From: Meyerozyma guilliermondii | Taxonomy: Eukaryota | Reading direction: 5' to 3' | Assembly: GCA_051546255.1 (NCBI GenBank) | Contig: CP128815.1 | Span: 992,001 to 1,056,000, forward strand | Length of the DNA: 64,000 bases | Shown here: positions 31,297-40,784 of the stretch, one piece after another | Layout of the letters: each line of letters opens with the position of its first letter | How positions within the stretch are numbered: the first letter of the stretch is position 1 | The notes under the pieces: generated by a model | What the model saw: the letters and a program-made list of their open reading frames with translations, nothing else | The model's database searches: none | Told to the model about the DNA's origin: nothing | Program-made: the position numbers and the translations under genes

Positions 31297-32541
31297 CTAC
31301 CCCATTGTGCTCACAAACTCGTCCCAGCTGGTCTCACAGATCTTGAGAAACTTTTCCTTTTGTTTTTGGAGATCTGTTGTAGTGGTTTCAGCGGATAAAG
31401 TTACTGGTGATTTTTCGGGCGAATGCGACGATGGCAGTGAAACCTTTTCACTTAGATCACCATTGGAATTAGAAGCCGGGGTTGAGTCTTTACTCTCCTC
31501 CTGTTTCTTGGATGATGCATATATCTTAAAGTTGAACACTGACTCATTCATTAGATTTATAGACCCGAAGATGGTCAGTGAGCGACTTCGCAGGTTTCCG
31601 GTGCGAAGAGGTTGATCTTCTGGGTCAATTGCATTCAGTTCCGGATCATCAGAGTCATCTGATTCGGAGCCTGACATTCCTTTGCTTGCCTGCTCGTGTT
31701 TTCTCTTCATTTCTATCATTTCTTCTTCAGTAGCTAAAGTACGATCGGCTACCGCACCTGTACCTTCGAAAGCATCTTGCTGCGCCGAAAGTGGCTGTGA
31801 CGTAAATGGAGCTACTCTTGTGTAGTCGCCGTGGTAAACGTCAGTAACTTGTGCCAGTACGGGCGACTTGGTATATGGAAGTGGGCCCGACACATGTCTG
31901 TAAGGTACTCGAGGGAATGAACCAGCTACTGCGGTGTATGGAGCCGCTGTGTATCTTGGATATACCCCTTGTAATTGCGGATGAGCAGCATGTGCTGTAA
32001 ATGGTCTTATGATTCTTCGAGGCGGAGATACGTGCAAACGACGCAATTGACGATGGGGTGTATAGGGATTGGAGCCATATGGTTTGAATGCACCTTTGGC
32101 ATGTGGGCCCATAAAGTATGGTCTAAGCGGTGCCGATTGGATCAGTGGGCGCATTGAAGGAGATTTTTCTGAATTTTCCCTTACCAATGATAACGGAGGT
32201 GGTGCATTTTCACGCTTGAGTCGCTTAGTAGTGGATGGGGTAGAAAGTCGACTTGAATCTTGAACCTCGCTGTCCGGGTTTGATGTGGTGATTACCACCA
32301 CTTTTTTCTCCAGTACACTGGTGGGTTCTTTGACTTCCACTCCTGGTTCTGTGTTATTACGTGCTGCTATGAGTTCTCTTTGTTGGCGTTGAATCTGCAT
32401 TGATTCATTCATGGTGGTTTGCATTCCAGGTGATAGCTTTGGAAGTCCAGGACTCACTATTCGAAGCGCTGCTTCCACCTTATTGGGTACATTGAGGTCC
32501 AATTCTACTGGTCTATGCTTCTTTTTTGTAGTTTCTACCAT
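31297..32541 (-). CDS. DIG1: Putative Dig1/Dig2-like Ste12/Cph1 inhibitor
   Basis: MAPK docking motif KRLKRENAPPPLSL (compare KSLKRGRVPAPLNL in yeast Dig1), C-terminal KEKFLKICE..W helix, neighbouring KRE2-family genes and an upstream TGAAACA. Confidence 0.62.
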   Translation of the reverse strand: MVETTKKKHRPVELDLNVPNKVEAALRIVSPGLPKLSPGMQTTMNESMQIQRQQRELIAARNNTEPGVEVKEPTSVLEKKVVVITTSNPDSEVQDSSRLSTPSTTKRLKRENAPPPLSLVRENSEKSPSMRPLIQSAPLRPYFMGPHAKGAFKPYGSNPYTPHRQLRRLHVSPPRRIIRPFTAHAAHPQLQGVYPRYTAAPYTAVAGSFPRVPYRHVSGPLPYTKSPVLAQVTDVYHGDYTRVAPFTSQPLSAQQDAFEGTGAVADRTLATEEEMIEMKRKHEQASKGMSGSESDDSDDPELNAIDPEDQPLRTGNLRSRSLTIFGSINLMNESVFNFKIYASSKKQEESKDSTPASNSNGDLSEKVSLPSSHSPEKSPVTLSAETTTTDLQKQKEKFLKICETSWDEFVSTMG

Positions 32542-32759
32542 GGTGGTCGCGAACGTCTCCCAAATACCGGAGTTGATTATTGTGGATTGGCCGAGGGTAT
32601 TGTACCAAAAAGTTATCCAGTATATGGAACCGATGAGTATACACGTCCAGTCTTGTTCGTGGGCTGAAAACCAAAGTGTGGCACTTGGAGTTGTGTGAGA
32701 TTATAGGGAACAGTAGTGAGTTTTTACGTGGACCAAAAGCGAAAACCTGCATACTCGTT

Positions 32760-32766
32760 TGTTTCA
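32760..32766 (-). promoter_or_regulatory. Pheromone response element-like site upstream of the DIG1-like gene
   Basis: TGAAACA on the minus strand, about 220 bp upstream of the ATG. Confidence 0.4.
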
Positions 32767-33046
32767 GAAATCTGCTGGGCTCGTAACGCAGGTTGATGAA
32801 TAGCCTTATTGTTCAGAATAATTGATTAGAATGGCCAATGACTTGAGCGAGGCTTTTATTTTCCTTGTCACATACAATTTGCTCAAATTTAGGTGCTTGA
32901 GGGATTTTCTTGCCATATTATAATTTTTTCAGTGCGATTATGTGCATTTTGGTACAGTGTCTGGAGAAAATCGGTCCCTGAAACTCAGTTCTCAATCCAT
33001 AGACTGTGCCCTAAGCTATTTAAACAAACTAGTACTAATATGTGCC

Positions 33047-34291
33047 TTAACCAGTGTAATCCTCCCATCCCTTTGGACGAGGTATGTTGTTAACCTTGTG
33101 GAACTTACCAGTACATGAGTAAGCCTTCCAACTGAAATCCTCATTAGGATTACAAACACATTTGTTCTTGAGTCTCGTTTCCTTGTTGACGGGACAGTTG
33201 TGGAATGGCACATGGTAGTATCCCACATCATTGAAGAAGTGAATTTGGTCTCTGGACAAGAACAAAGCAGCCGCGATCGAGTGGACTGGTGCATCACCCC
33301 ATCTTTCGTAGAAGAACCCACCAGCTTTGTCAAGGTATTCGAAGTACTTTCTGTAAGCTTCAGATCTCCAAAGGTCCAAGGATGCAATTTCAAAGTTGGA
33401 CCAGAAATGACACTTGTTGTAAGTTTCTCCACCATCGTCAGAGATCCAGTCCATCATATTGTTCTTGTGAACAAATTGGGGGTTTTCAGCCATAAATTTC
33501 TTGGTAGTGTCCCAAAGAGTAGGGATGGTTTCGATGTATTCTGGTAAGGAAATGGTCCATCCATAAGCCTTGTTGTTGTCCTTCATCCACTTGAAAACAT
33601 CATAGTCAATGTTACAGTAGATCTTGGTATCAGGCTCAACTCTCCAGTAAAATTCATAAGGCTCTAAAGCCTCGTGTCTCCAGAAAAATCCAGATTCGTA
33701 ACGACACATGTGTCTGTATGACACCGAATCACCATAGATGATTTTCTTTTCCTTCATTTCTTCACGAACCAAAGCAGCTTTTTCCTTGTCGATCCATTCA
33801 GGGTAGCCCCATTGTTCAGCAGGAATCAAACCAAAAATGGCTTTACCAGAAACCAAAGCTGAGATCTCCGTTTTGAACTCCTCAGAAAACTCCTTATCGT
33901 TCAAGAACACCCAGTCATAGTTGTACTGGTGGTTGAAACGGTCCTCCACCGATCTGATTGAACCGGCGAGCGAGTGCAAGTCCGAGTTACGTGCCAAAGA
34001 CACAAAAGTAGCCTTTACTTTTTCACCTTTATTTGGAGCCACCTTCGATTGCTGAACTGCCTGGTTCACGAGGTCACCGGCAGCTTGTGCGCCGGCATTT
34101 CCAGCAACTCCCCCAGCAGGAGCATTGACCTCACCCAAAGGAACTTCTTTGGCTGCGCCTGGATTGACGTTGGCTGGGGTCAAACTGGAACCCAGATACG
34201 ACAGTCCCTTCAGGAGAATGAAACCACAGGTGATAAGAACGAGGGCAAACACGGCAAATCTGATTATACGCGCGTTCGAACCTCTATTCAT
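33047..34291 (-). CDS. MNT1: Alpha-1,2-mannosyltransferase, GT15 (KRE2/MNT1 family)
   Basis: Type II membrane anchor, [27 protein letters not shown] and [15 protein letters not shown]. Confidence 0.88.
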   Translation of the reverse strand: MNRGSNARIIRFAVFALVLITCGFILLKGLSYLGSSLTPANVNPGAAKEVPLGEVNAPAGGVAGNAGAQAAGDLVNQAVQQSKVAPNKGEKVKATFVSLARNSDLHSLAGSIRSVEDRFNHQYNYDWVFLNDKEFSEEFKTEISALVSGKAIFGLIPAEQWGYPEWIDKEKAALVREEMKEKKIIYGDSVSYRHMCRYESGFFWRHEALEPYEFYWRVEPDTKIYCNIDYDVFKWMKDNNKAYGWTISLPEYIETIPTLWDTTKKFMAENPQFVHKNNMMDWISDDGGETYNKCHFWSNFEIASLDLWRSEAYRKYFEYLDKAGGFFYERWGDAPVHSIAAALFLSRDQIHFFNDVGYYHVPFHNCPVNKETRLKNKCVCNPNEDFSWKAYSCTGKFHKVNNIPRPKGWEDYTG

Positions 34292-35077
34292 GGTGATTTT
34301 GATAGTTTTTCACGGGATTGAACTTTGGTGAAATTGAATCGTTTCAGTGTAAAACTGGTACGATATAATGGTGATCCACGGCGGGTGTCTCAAAAGTGAA
34401 TTACGAGAATTACTGGTGCTTGTCGTATTCAAAACCCCAGAATTACTGTCTATGTCACTGTGAAAAATCAATTAACACGTCGTCGCAGAGCCTTCGTAGT
34501 CGTGGCTTTTCCCGCCTTATATTCGCGAAGTAGTGTGCGAACCGCGAACTTTGATGGAGCAATTTCTAGTGGAGGGTCTGCCAAGGGAATGGGGTATCAA
34601 TGCAACCGTAGGTGACAATATTGTACGGGCAAAGTGGGAAATGATAGAAAAGTGGGTGTGTTACTTTGGGTGTTGCAATTGACAATTTGTACTAAAAAGT
34701 CTGAATAAAATTTACTAAAACCCCATTCTATTGTCTGTTCGTAATCGTGTCAATATACGACGCAGCGCCAAAATGTTAATTTGGCATCTTTTTTTTAACT
34801 TTATTAGTGGGTTCTTGGCAAAGATGTATCTGGTAGCGCGCCGCACACGCCAAACTTCGATGCGCACTTCCGCCCCACACGGGCATCTAGATTTTCGGGC
34901 CTGTGCGAAGTTTAATACTATAGGGCAAACAGGTCTGCTTATCGGACAGGACTACTAATAATTTCTCATAGTTTCTGAATGTAATGCGTTGATTCTACAT
35001 GTGATTCGTGAGATCCAAGGGTATGGTCGCGAGCCGCATTCAGCTATCTATCATCAGACTGCGGCTCAAAAGTGTCT

Positions 35078-36355
35078 TCACTGATAATTCTCCCATTCAG
35101 CAGGCTTTGTCATCTTGTTAACTTCGTAGTATCTCTTGCCGCAAGAGTATCCTCTAAAAGTGAAATCCAGTTCAGGATCACAATTGCACTTGTGATCGTA
35201 CCGATACTGTGGGTTTAATGGGCATTGAGTGTACACACCATGATTATAGCCCATATCTTCAAAGTAGTGTATTTTGTCTCTTGGAAGGAATAATGCCGCT
35301 GCAATTGAATGTATAGGTGCATCTCCCCATCTTTCGTAGAAAAATCCGCCTGTTTTATCGAGATAGTCAAAGTATGCACGATAAGCATCGGATCTCCAAA
35401 AGTTTAAATCACCAATCTCAAAATTCGACCAGAAATGACACAAATTGTAAGTTTCACCGCCATCGTTGGAGATAAAGTCCATCATGTTATTCTTTGCCAA
35501 ATACTCTGGATGTTCCTTGATGAAATCTTTGGTATGTTGCCATAACGAAGGAATGGTTTTTTCAAACTCGTGAAGAGAAATGGCAAATCCATACTTCTTG
35601 TCATTGTCGGCCATGAATTTGAACAAATCGTAATCGAGATCACAATGAATCTGGATACCAGGCTCTACTCTCCAGTACCAATCGTACTCGTCGAGGAGCT
35701 CGTTTCGCCAAAAGAATCCAGATTCGAACCGGCACATGTGTCTATAAGATTCCATATCTCCATAAATGATATTAGCAGCCTTCATTTCCGCCCTACTTTT
35801 TGCCGCCTTTTCAAGATCCACCCAATCGGGATAACTCCAGTGTTCTTTGGGGATCTTTCCGTACTTCGTTTTTCCCGAAACTATCGAGGATGTCAAATCC
35901 TTGAACTCTTGGGTGAATTCTTCATCATTTAGAAACACCCAGTCATAGTTAAACTTGCGATTGAAACGGTCTTCCACTCCACGAACAGCCTTAATCAACT
36001 CGTACAACTCCTGATTTCTCGCCAAAGTGACAAATGTACCCTTTACTTTTTTACTCTTATCGTACACGGGCTGCGATTCAGTTTCCACATTCAGTACTAC
36101 TCCTGCCAATTGTAGATCACCCACCTGTTTTTGTGCAAGTTGTTCTTCGTGGGCAGTGTCTTTTATAGGCGAATCTTCTGAAACATCCTTCACGGCGGCA
36201 TGATTCGAATTACTGCCCGGAACGAAATCTGGAACGATCAGGTTCGAAACTATGTCTACATAGATAACCAGGGGCCTAAGTGCCACACTGAAAAAGTAGA
36301 GCACCACTAGCCCACAAATGACTGCTAGAGCATTGGTGACCCGGCTTCGTGCCAT
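35078..36355 (-). CDS. Second GT15 alpha-1,2-mannosyltransferase (MNT2/KTR-like), tandem paralogue
   Basis: Same GT15 motifs. First ATG at 36355. Confidence 0.9.
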   Translation of the reverse strand: MARSRVTNALAVICGLVVLYFFSVALRPLVIYVDIVSNLIVPDFVPGSNSNHAAVKDVSEDSPIKDTAHEEQLAQKQVGDLQLAGVVLNVETESQPVYDKSKKVKGTFVTLARNQELYELIKAVRGVEDRFNRKFNYDWVFLNDEEFTQEFKDLTSSIVSGKTKYGKIPKEHWSYPDWVDLEKAAKSRAEMKAANIIYGDMESYRHMCRFESGFFWRNELLDEYDWYWRVEPGIQIHCDLDYDLFKFMADNDKKYGFAISLHEFEKTIPSLWQHTKDFIKEHPEYLAKNNMMDFISNDGGETYNLCHFWSNFEIGDLNFWRSDAYRAYFDYLDKTGGFFYERWGDAPIHSIAAALFLPRDKIHYFEDMGYNHGVYTQCPLNPQYRYDHKCNCDPELDFTFRGYSCGKRYYEVNKMTKPAEWENYQ

Positions 36356-36603
36356 TGTAGTTCGAATGCGAATAGGCGAAGGAAATAAAGTGCGACAGGT
36401 GTCTGAATTTGGAGCCTGCACACGTTAATATTTTTTGGCAGGGCTTAGAGAACCGTTATAGGCGTGGAACAAGGCTGAAATTTGTATACACTCTAATTTA
36501 GGCTAAACTTGCTTCTGTTAACAGAAGTCGCAATTTCCAGGCTCAAGAGGTAATTTCTTGTCGCTTTCTTTTTGTTCTCTCCAAATTACTCCCATCTTTT
36601 TCC

Positions 36604-38442
36604 TCAGTCCTTTTCCATTTTTCCTATCTTTCGCTCAAGCTCTCTCGTTATTTCCATCAACTCTCGAAACCCAATGTTTCTTGTGGCATTTCTGTTCATG
36701 AGCACATAGACATCGTCGTAGTTATCTAGTGAAAGTAGTTTCTTTTCGTAGTGCTTGAAAATTCCCAAACTGAGGGCTTTGAGAAAGTCTTCGCTCTTGT
36801 CGGAAACAAGAAGATTATCTATTACCCTGTACCATAGCTCCATCAGATTGCAAATATCGGTGAATACCAGAAGCCACCAGTTCATGGTGATGAATTCTAT
36901 TTGAACATCGAGCTGCTTCAAGTGAGCATAGAGTTTGGGCATCAACAAGGCAAATTGAACTTGTGCAAGTTCCGTTTGAGCATTCCGAATATGTTTCAAG
37001 CTGGAGGGAGAAAAGTAACTCTCACCATGATAAGTAGGAAGAATCTCATCAATGAGCGACACAAAGAGCCAAAAAGTATCCTCTTCTGTAACCCTTTTAT
37101 CGGCGATCAACAAATTTCCAACAATCTTGTTCATTCCTTGAACATAACCAATATCAGACCGTAGGACGACAAACGCATCCAAGATACGTTTGAGACGGTG
37201 ATGCAATGGACCAGGTAAAGAAGTTGTGCTATTGTGAAAGTACACATTGGACGGCATTGTTCGATGTAGATCCAAGTCGATTTGGTTAAATGATTGAATC
37301 AAAGATGGGTCATTGGCGTGCATTTTTGCCAACTCCACCAATCGATTATACTCTCCTGGTACACGTATATTCGACGCTCCAGAAAGTTCAAACCAAAACT
37401 TGGACCGTGAGCCAGGGGGTATTCCTTGTTTGGATATAAGTGACTGGAGTCTTTTTAAGTAGGAGTCTTCCTTGAACGAGATTTGTCTATCCAAGGTTTT
37501 GAGTTCGAGAGCCTTCAATCCGAATGTCGGTACAAAGGTTTCTTCCTGATTACGTTCATTTCGTAGTTTCATCACTTCATTGCAAAACGTATTCCAGCGT
37601 GCTTCGATCGCCTGCTTTTCGTCATCGTGACGTCGACCAACTTCTTGAAGCGTGGCATACGACGAGTCTATTGGGTTAACAACCTGGCTAACACTGCTTC
37701 TCGCATCAAAATTGGAGCCATCCTCGGGCTGACGTTTGGGATTTTCTGAGCCGTTTTCTGTAATAAACCCATAAGGGTCCGTATTGGTCAATTCTTCAGG
37801 ATCAAGAATCGTAGAATCGCCCGGTTGACTCATGCTTACCAACTCCAAAGGAGGCACAATTGGTGCATCTTCTGTACCTTTGGGAGTCCTGGATCCTGAT
37901 TTTAGGCTAGATGTGGATCGAACCCATTCGTACCGCAGATCATTTGGTGATTGAATCCATCCTCGCAACCATCCTCTTCTTTCACTCTCAGATGAATGAG
38001 CCTCAATATCTGGTTGCTGAGCCAGATTTGATGAGATAGTAGTTGGAGGCTCCCTCTTTAATGTGGGAGCTAACGGCTCTTTCATGGCAACGGATATCAT
38101 ATCCAGTAGCACATCATCTACGGTATCCTTTTGCTGAATGTCATCCAACAATTTATCCACTTCCAAATGGGTAAGATTGGCATGAGAAGCACATACCTTG
38201 TAAAATTGTCGCTCTCTGCGGAGGTAGAAGTCCCTTAAAAGTATTATATCTTGTTCCTTTTGTGTTATATCCCTTGAGAGCTGTCGTATAAACAGGTTAT
38301 AATCGCCACCAAATCTGATGGAAACGACTTTTTCGATGGTTTCGTCACTCCATTCATGTACATCGCTCCCCAAAGAGTGGTTAAGTTGACTGGGATTGTG
38401 TATGGAATCCCCAAATAAACTTTTATGGGGATCCTTGTTCAT
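36604..38442 (-). CDS. TBC-domain Rab GTPase-activating protein
   Basis: GIP...R..FW..LSGA, QIDLDLHRT (Arg finger) and GYVQGMN (Gln finger). First ATG at 38442. Confidence 0.88.
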   Translation of the reverse strand: MNKDPHKSLFGDSIHNPSQLNHSLGSDVHEWSDETIEKVVSIRFGGDYNLFIRQLSRDITQKEQDIILLRDFYLRRERQFYKVCASHANLTHLEVDKLLDDIQQKDTVDDVLLDMISVAMKEPLAPTLKREPPTTISSNLAQQPDIEAHSSESERRGWLRGWIQSPNDLRYEWVRSTSSLKSGSRTPKGTEDAPIVPPLELVSMSQPGDSTILDPEELTNTDPYGFITENGSENPKRQPEDGSNFDARSSVSQVVNPIDSSYATLQEVGRRHDDEKQAIEARWNTFCNEVMKLRNERNQEETFVPTFGLKALELKTLDRQISFKEDSYLKRLQSLISKQGIPPGSRSKFWFELSGASNIRVPGEYNRLVELAKMHANDPSLIQSFNQIDLDLHRTMPSNVYFHNSTTSLPGPLHHRLKRILDAFVVLRSDIGYVQGMNKIVGNLLIADKRVTEEDTFWLFVSLIDEILPTYHGESYFSPSSLKHIRNAQTELAQVQFALLMPKLYAHLKQLDVQIEFITMNWWLLVFTDICNLMELWYRVIDNLLVSDKSEDFLKALSLGIFKHYEKKLLSLDNYDDVYVLMNRNATRNIGFRELMEITRELERKIGKMEKD

Positions 38443-38473
38443 ATCGTTATCATCAAATTTATGGTGCGACCTC

Positions 38474-38483
38474 GATTCGAACC
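38474..38483 (-). promoter_or_regulatory. Pol III B box downstream of U6
   Basis: GGTTCGAATC on the minus strand about 100 bp past the U6 terminator, the same layout as S. cerevisiae SNR6. Confidence 0.82.
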
Positions 38484-38585
38484 TGAGAAAAAAATGTGAA
38501 ATTGCCACAATCGAGAAATTATGGATGAAAGTTACCTTCAAACATAACACTACTTGATGAATTTCATCTATGATGTTCTGCAAAA

Positions 38586-38690
38586 AAAATGGTAAATCTC
38601 TTTGTAAAGCGTGTCATCTTTATGCAAGGACAATGCTAATCTTCTCTGTATTGTTAAAATTGACAAATGTACTATCGCGAACGATAGTAC
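38586..38690 (-). ncRNA. SNR6: U6 spliceosomal snRNA
   Basis: Minus strand reads GTACTATCGTTCGCGATAGTACATTTGTCAATTTTAACAATACAGAGAAGATTAGCATTGTCCTTGCATAAAGATGACACGCTTTACAAAGAGATTTACCATTTTTTTT. It shows a 9-bp 5' stem with UUCG loop, A box TAGTACATTTG, ACAGAGA box, AGC triad, ISL and T8 terminator. TTATAT lies about 25 bp upstream. Confidence 0.96.
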
Positions 38691-38756
38691 GACGTTCTCG
38701 TTTTTGGTTGGCATATAAGGACAATTGGTGGTGTTGGGATGCCTAAGATATCTCAA

Positions 38757-38765
38757 TTTGCCTTC
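38757..38765 (-). promoter_or_regulatory. Candida-type Rpn4 element upstream of NPL4
   Basis: GAAGGCAAA on the minus strand, about 90 bp upstream of a Cdc48-cofactor gene. Confidence 0.5.
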
Positions 38766-38852
38766 AGCAAGATCCAAAGTATCAAGTTATATTCATTAAT
38801 AATTGGCTAGCGTACGAGTTGAAACCCAAAAAACAATCCTAGTAAAGACATA

Positions 38853-40642
38853 ATGGTATGTGTTATTTCTGTGACTTCGCAAGTCTCAGGGTATCCTATT
38901 TCATCATAAATTTCAAGTTTCAACTAACTCAGATTATTCGTTTCAGGACTCCTTCCGGGATGCTTCGGGTCAATGCCACTCCCGAGACGGCATTCAATGA
39001 CTTACTAAATGACCTTGGGAACCAAATGGGAGAATCTGACCTTTCCTCGTTTACTTTTAGTGATAAACCAAATGATAAAGGAAGCAGTGCCAACACTTTC
39101 CATGGCAAATCGGTGGCTGATTTGGGACTAAAACATGGTGACATGTTGTATGTTACAAGAACTGCCACATCATCGTCTCCTGCCGTTACGGCATCCGTCA
39201 ATGAGCCAAAATCCGGCTCAGCAGTCGTCACAAAACCCATCAATACCGCCGGTATTATTCCAATACATGGCCCTACCAAAGTCAAGCAATTAGAAGTCGA
39301 CGATGTCTTGGATACGCAGGACGGTATGATCAAACGTAAAAAATCAAACTTGTGTCGTCATGGAGAGAAGGGTATGTGTGAATATTGCTCTCCTCTTCCT
39401 TCATGGGATAAAGGCTATAGAGAAGAAAATGGTATCAAACACATGTCTTTCCACGCCTATGTCAACCAGATTAACGAACAGAAGAACAACCGTAACAATA
39501 GCACATCATATATGTCTCCTTTGGAGGAACCAGATTACAATGTGAATCTCAATTGTCCAAGTGGACATGCACCTTACCCAAAGGGAATCTGTTCCAAGTG
39601 TCAGCCTCCTGTTATCACTTTGCAACAGCAACAATTCCGGATGGTAGACCATGTCGAGTTTGCCGACTCGGGTATCCTCAATGATTTTATCGATGTTTGG
39701 AGACAAACAGGAGTCCAGCGGTTTGGGTTCATGTTTGGAAGATACGAGGTGTTTGATAAAGTACCACTCGGTATAAAGGCGGTAGTGGAAGCAATTTACG
39801 AGCCTCCACAGGCCGGAGAAACCGATGGTATTACTCTTTTGCCTTGGGAAAATCAAGAGCTTGTTTTAAAGGTTGCAGAGAAGTTAAACTTGTACCCAGT
39901 GGGAATTGCATTCACAGACTTGACAGACTCGGGGGCTCGAAACGGTACCGTGTTGTGTAAAAGACATAAGGATACCTACTTTTTGAGCTGTTTAGAGGTG
40001 TTAATGGCAGCCCGGTTTCAAATTGAACACCCAAATATAACCAAACATAGCAATTCAGGTCGCTTTTCTTCCAAGTTTGTTACCTGTGTGGTTTCTGGTG
40101 GCCTTGAAGGAGAGATTGAGCCACGTTCTTTTCAAGTAAGCACAAATGCAGAGGCACTTGTTCGTGCAGACATCATCACTGGATCTACACAACCTTCAAT
40201 GTTGTACATAAATTCAAGTCAGGGTAAGAGGTATGTGCCAGATGTGTTCTACCTGAAGATTAATGAATACGGTCTCGAAGTCAAGACGAATGCTAAACCT
40301 GCGTTCCCAGTTGATTTCCTTCTCGTTACATTGCTGGATGCATTTCCTCTCAACCCAACGCCAAGGTTTACGAATGGATTTACCATTGAAAACAGAGACT
40401 TTATGGGAAACCTTCAAGATTTAAGAGCTGCATATCGATATATAAATTCGGATCCTGGAAATGGTAGCTGTTTATCCAATTTCCATTTTATTGTCTACTT
40501 GGTTACACTTGGCATACTTGGCGATTCTGAACTTCAAATGGTGTTTGATTTCGTTAATGAGAGAAAAGAGGAGGATTATCTCAAATTGGTGGAGAGCTCT
40601 GGATGGATGACATTAATTACCATTTTGGAACAGAGTACTTGA
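38853..40642 (+). CDS. NPL4: Cdc48 cofactor Npl4; exon 1 is the ATG (38853-38855), exon 2 is 38933-40642
   Basis: Spliced start [11 protein letters not shown], zinc motifs CRHG..GMCEYC and C..GH.PYP.GICSKC, and SSKFVTCV. Confidence 0.95.
38856..38932 (+). other. Spliceosomal intron in NPL4 (77 nt, directly after ATG)
   Basis: GTATGT donor, AACTAAC branch site (38922-38928), CAG acceptor. The frame is restored. Confidence 0.88.
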
Positions 40643-40695
40643 GTTGCAACCAAACGTGGGGTGGGTCCCCACTCAAAAACACCCCAACACCAGAT

Positions 40696-40736
40696 CGAAG
40701 CTTCTAGAATGTGTTACCCGGATTTTGAAAAAATTT
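40696..40736. promoter_or_regulatory. SSE1 promoter: HSE, Reb1-like site and RRPE-like site
   Basis: cGAAgcTTCtaGAAt (40696-40710), TTACCCGG (40714-40721) and TGAAAAAATTT (40726-40736). Confidence 0.72.
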
Positions 40737-40784
40737 CGCCAGCGTTATAAGAGATGCGGCAACCTTCATAGATTAGATACTAAA

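Noticed and set aside
38443..38583. ORF-track extension of the TBC gene, and a tRNA-like GGTTCGAATC...CCA segment
   Set aside because: The extension starts at a TTG inside the U6 terminator. No cloverleaf forms, so the motif is best read as the U6 B box.
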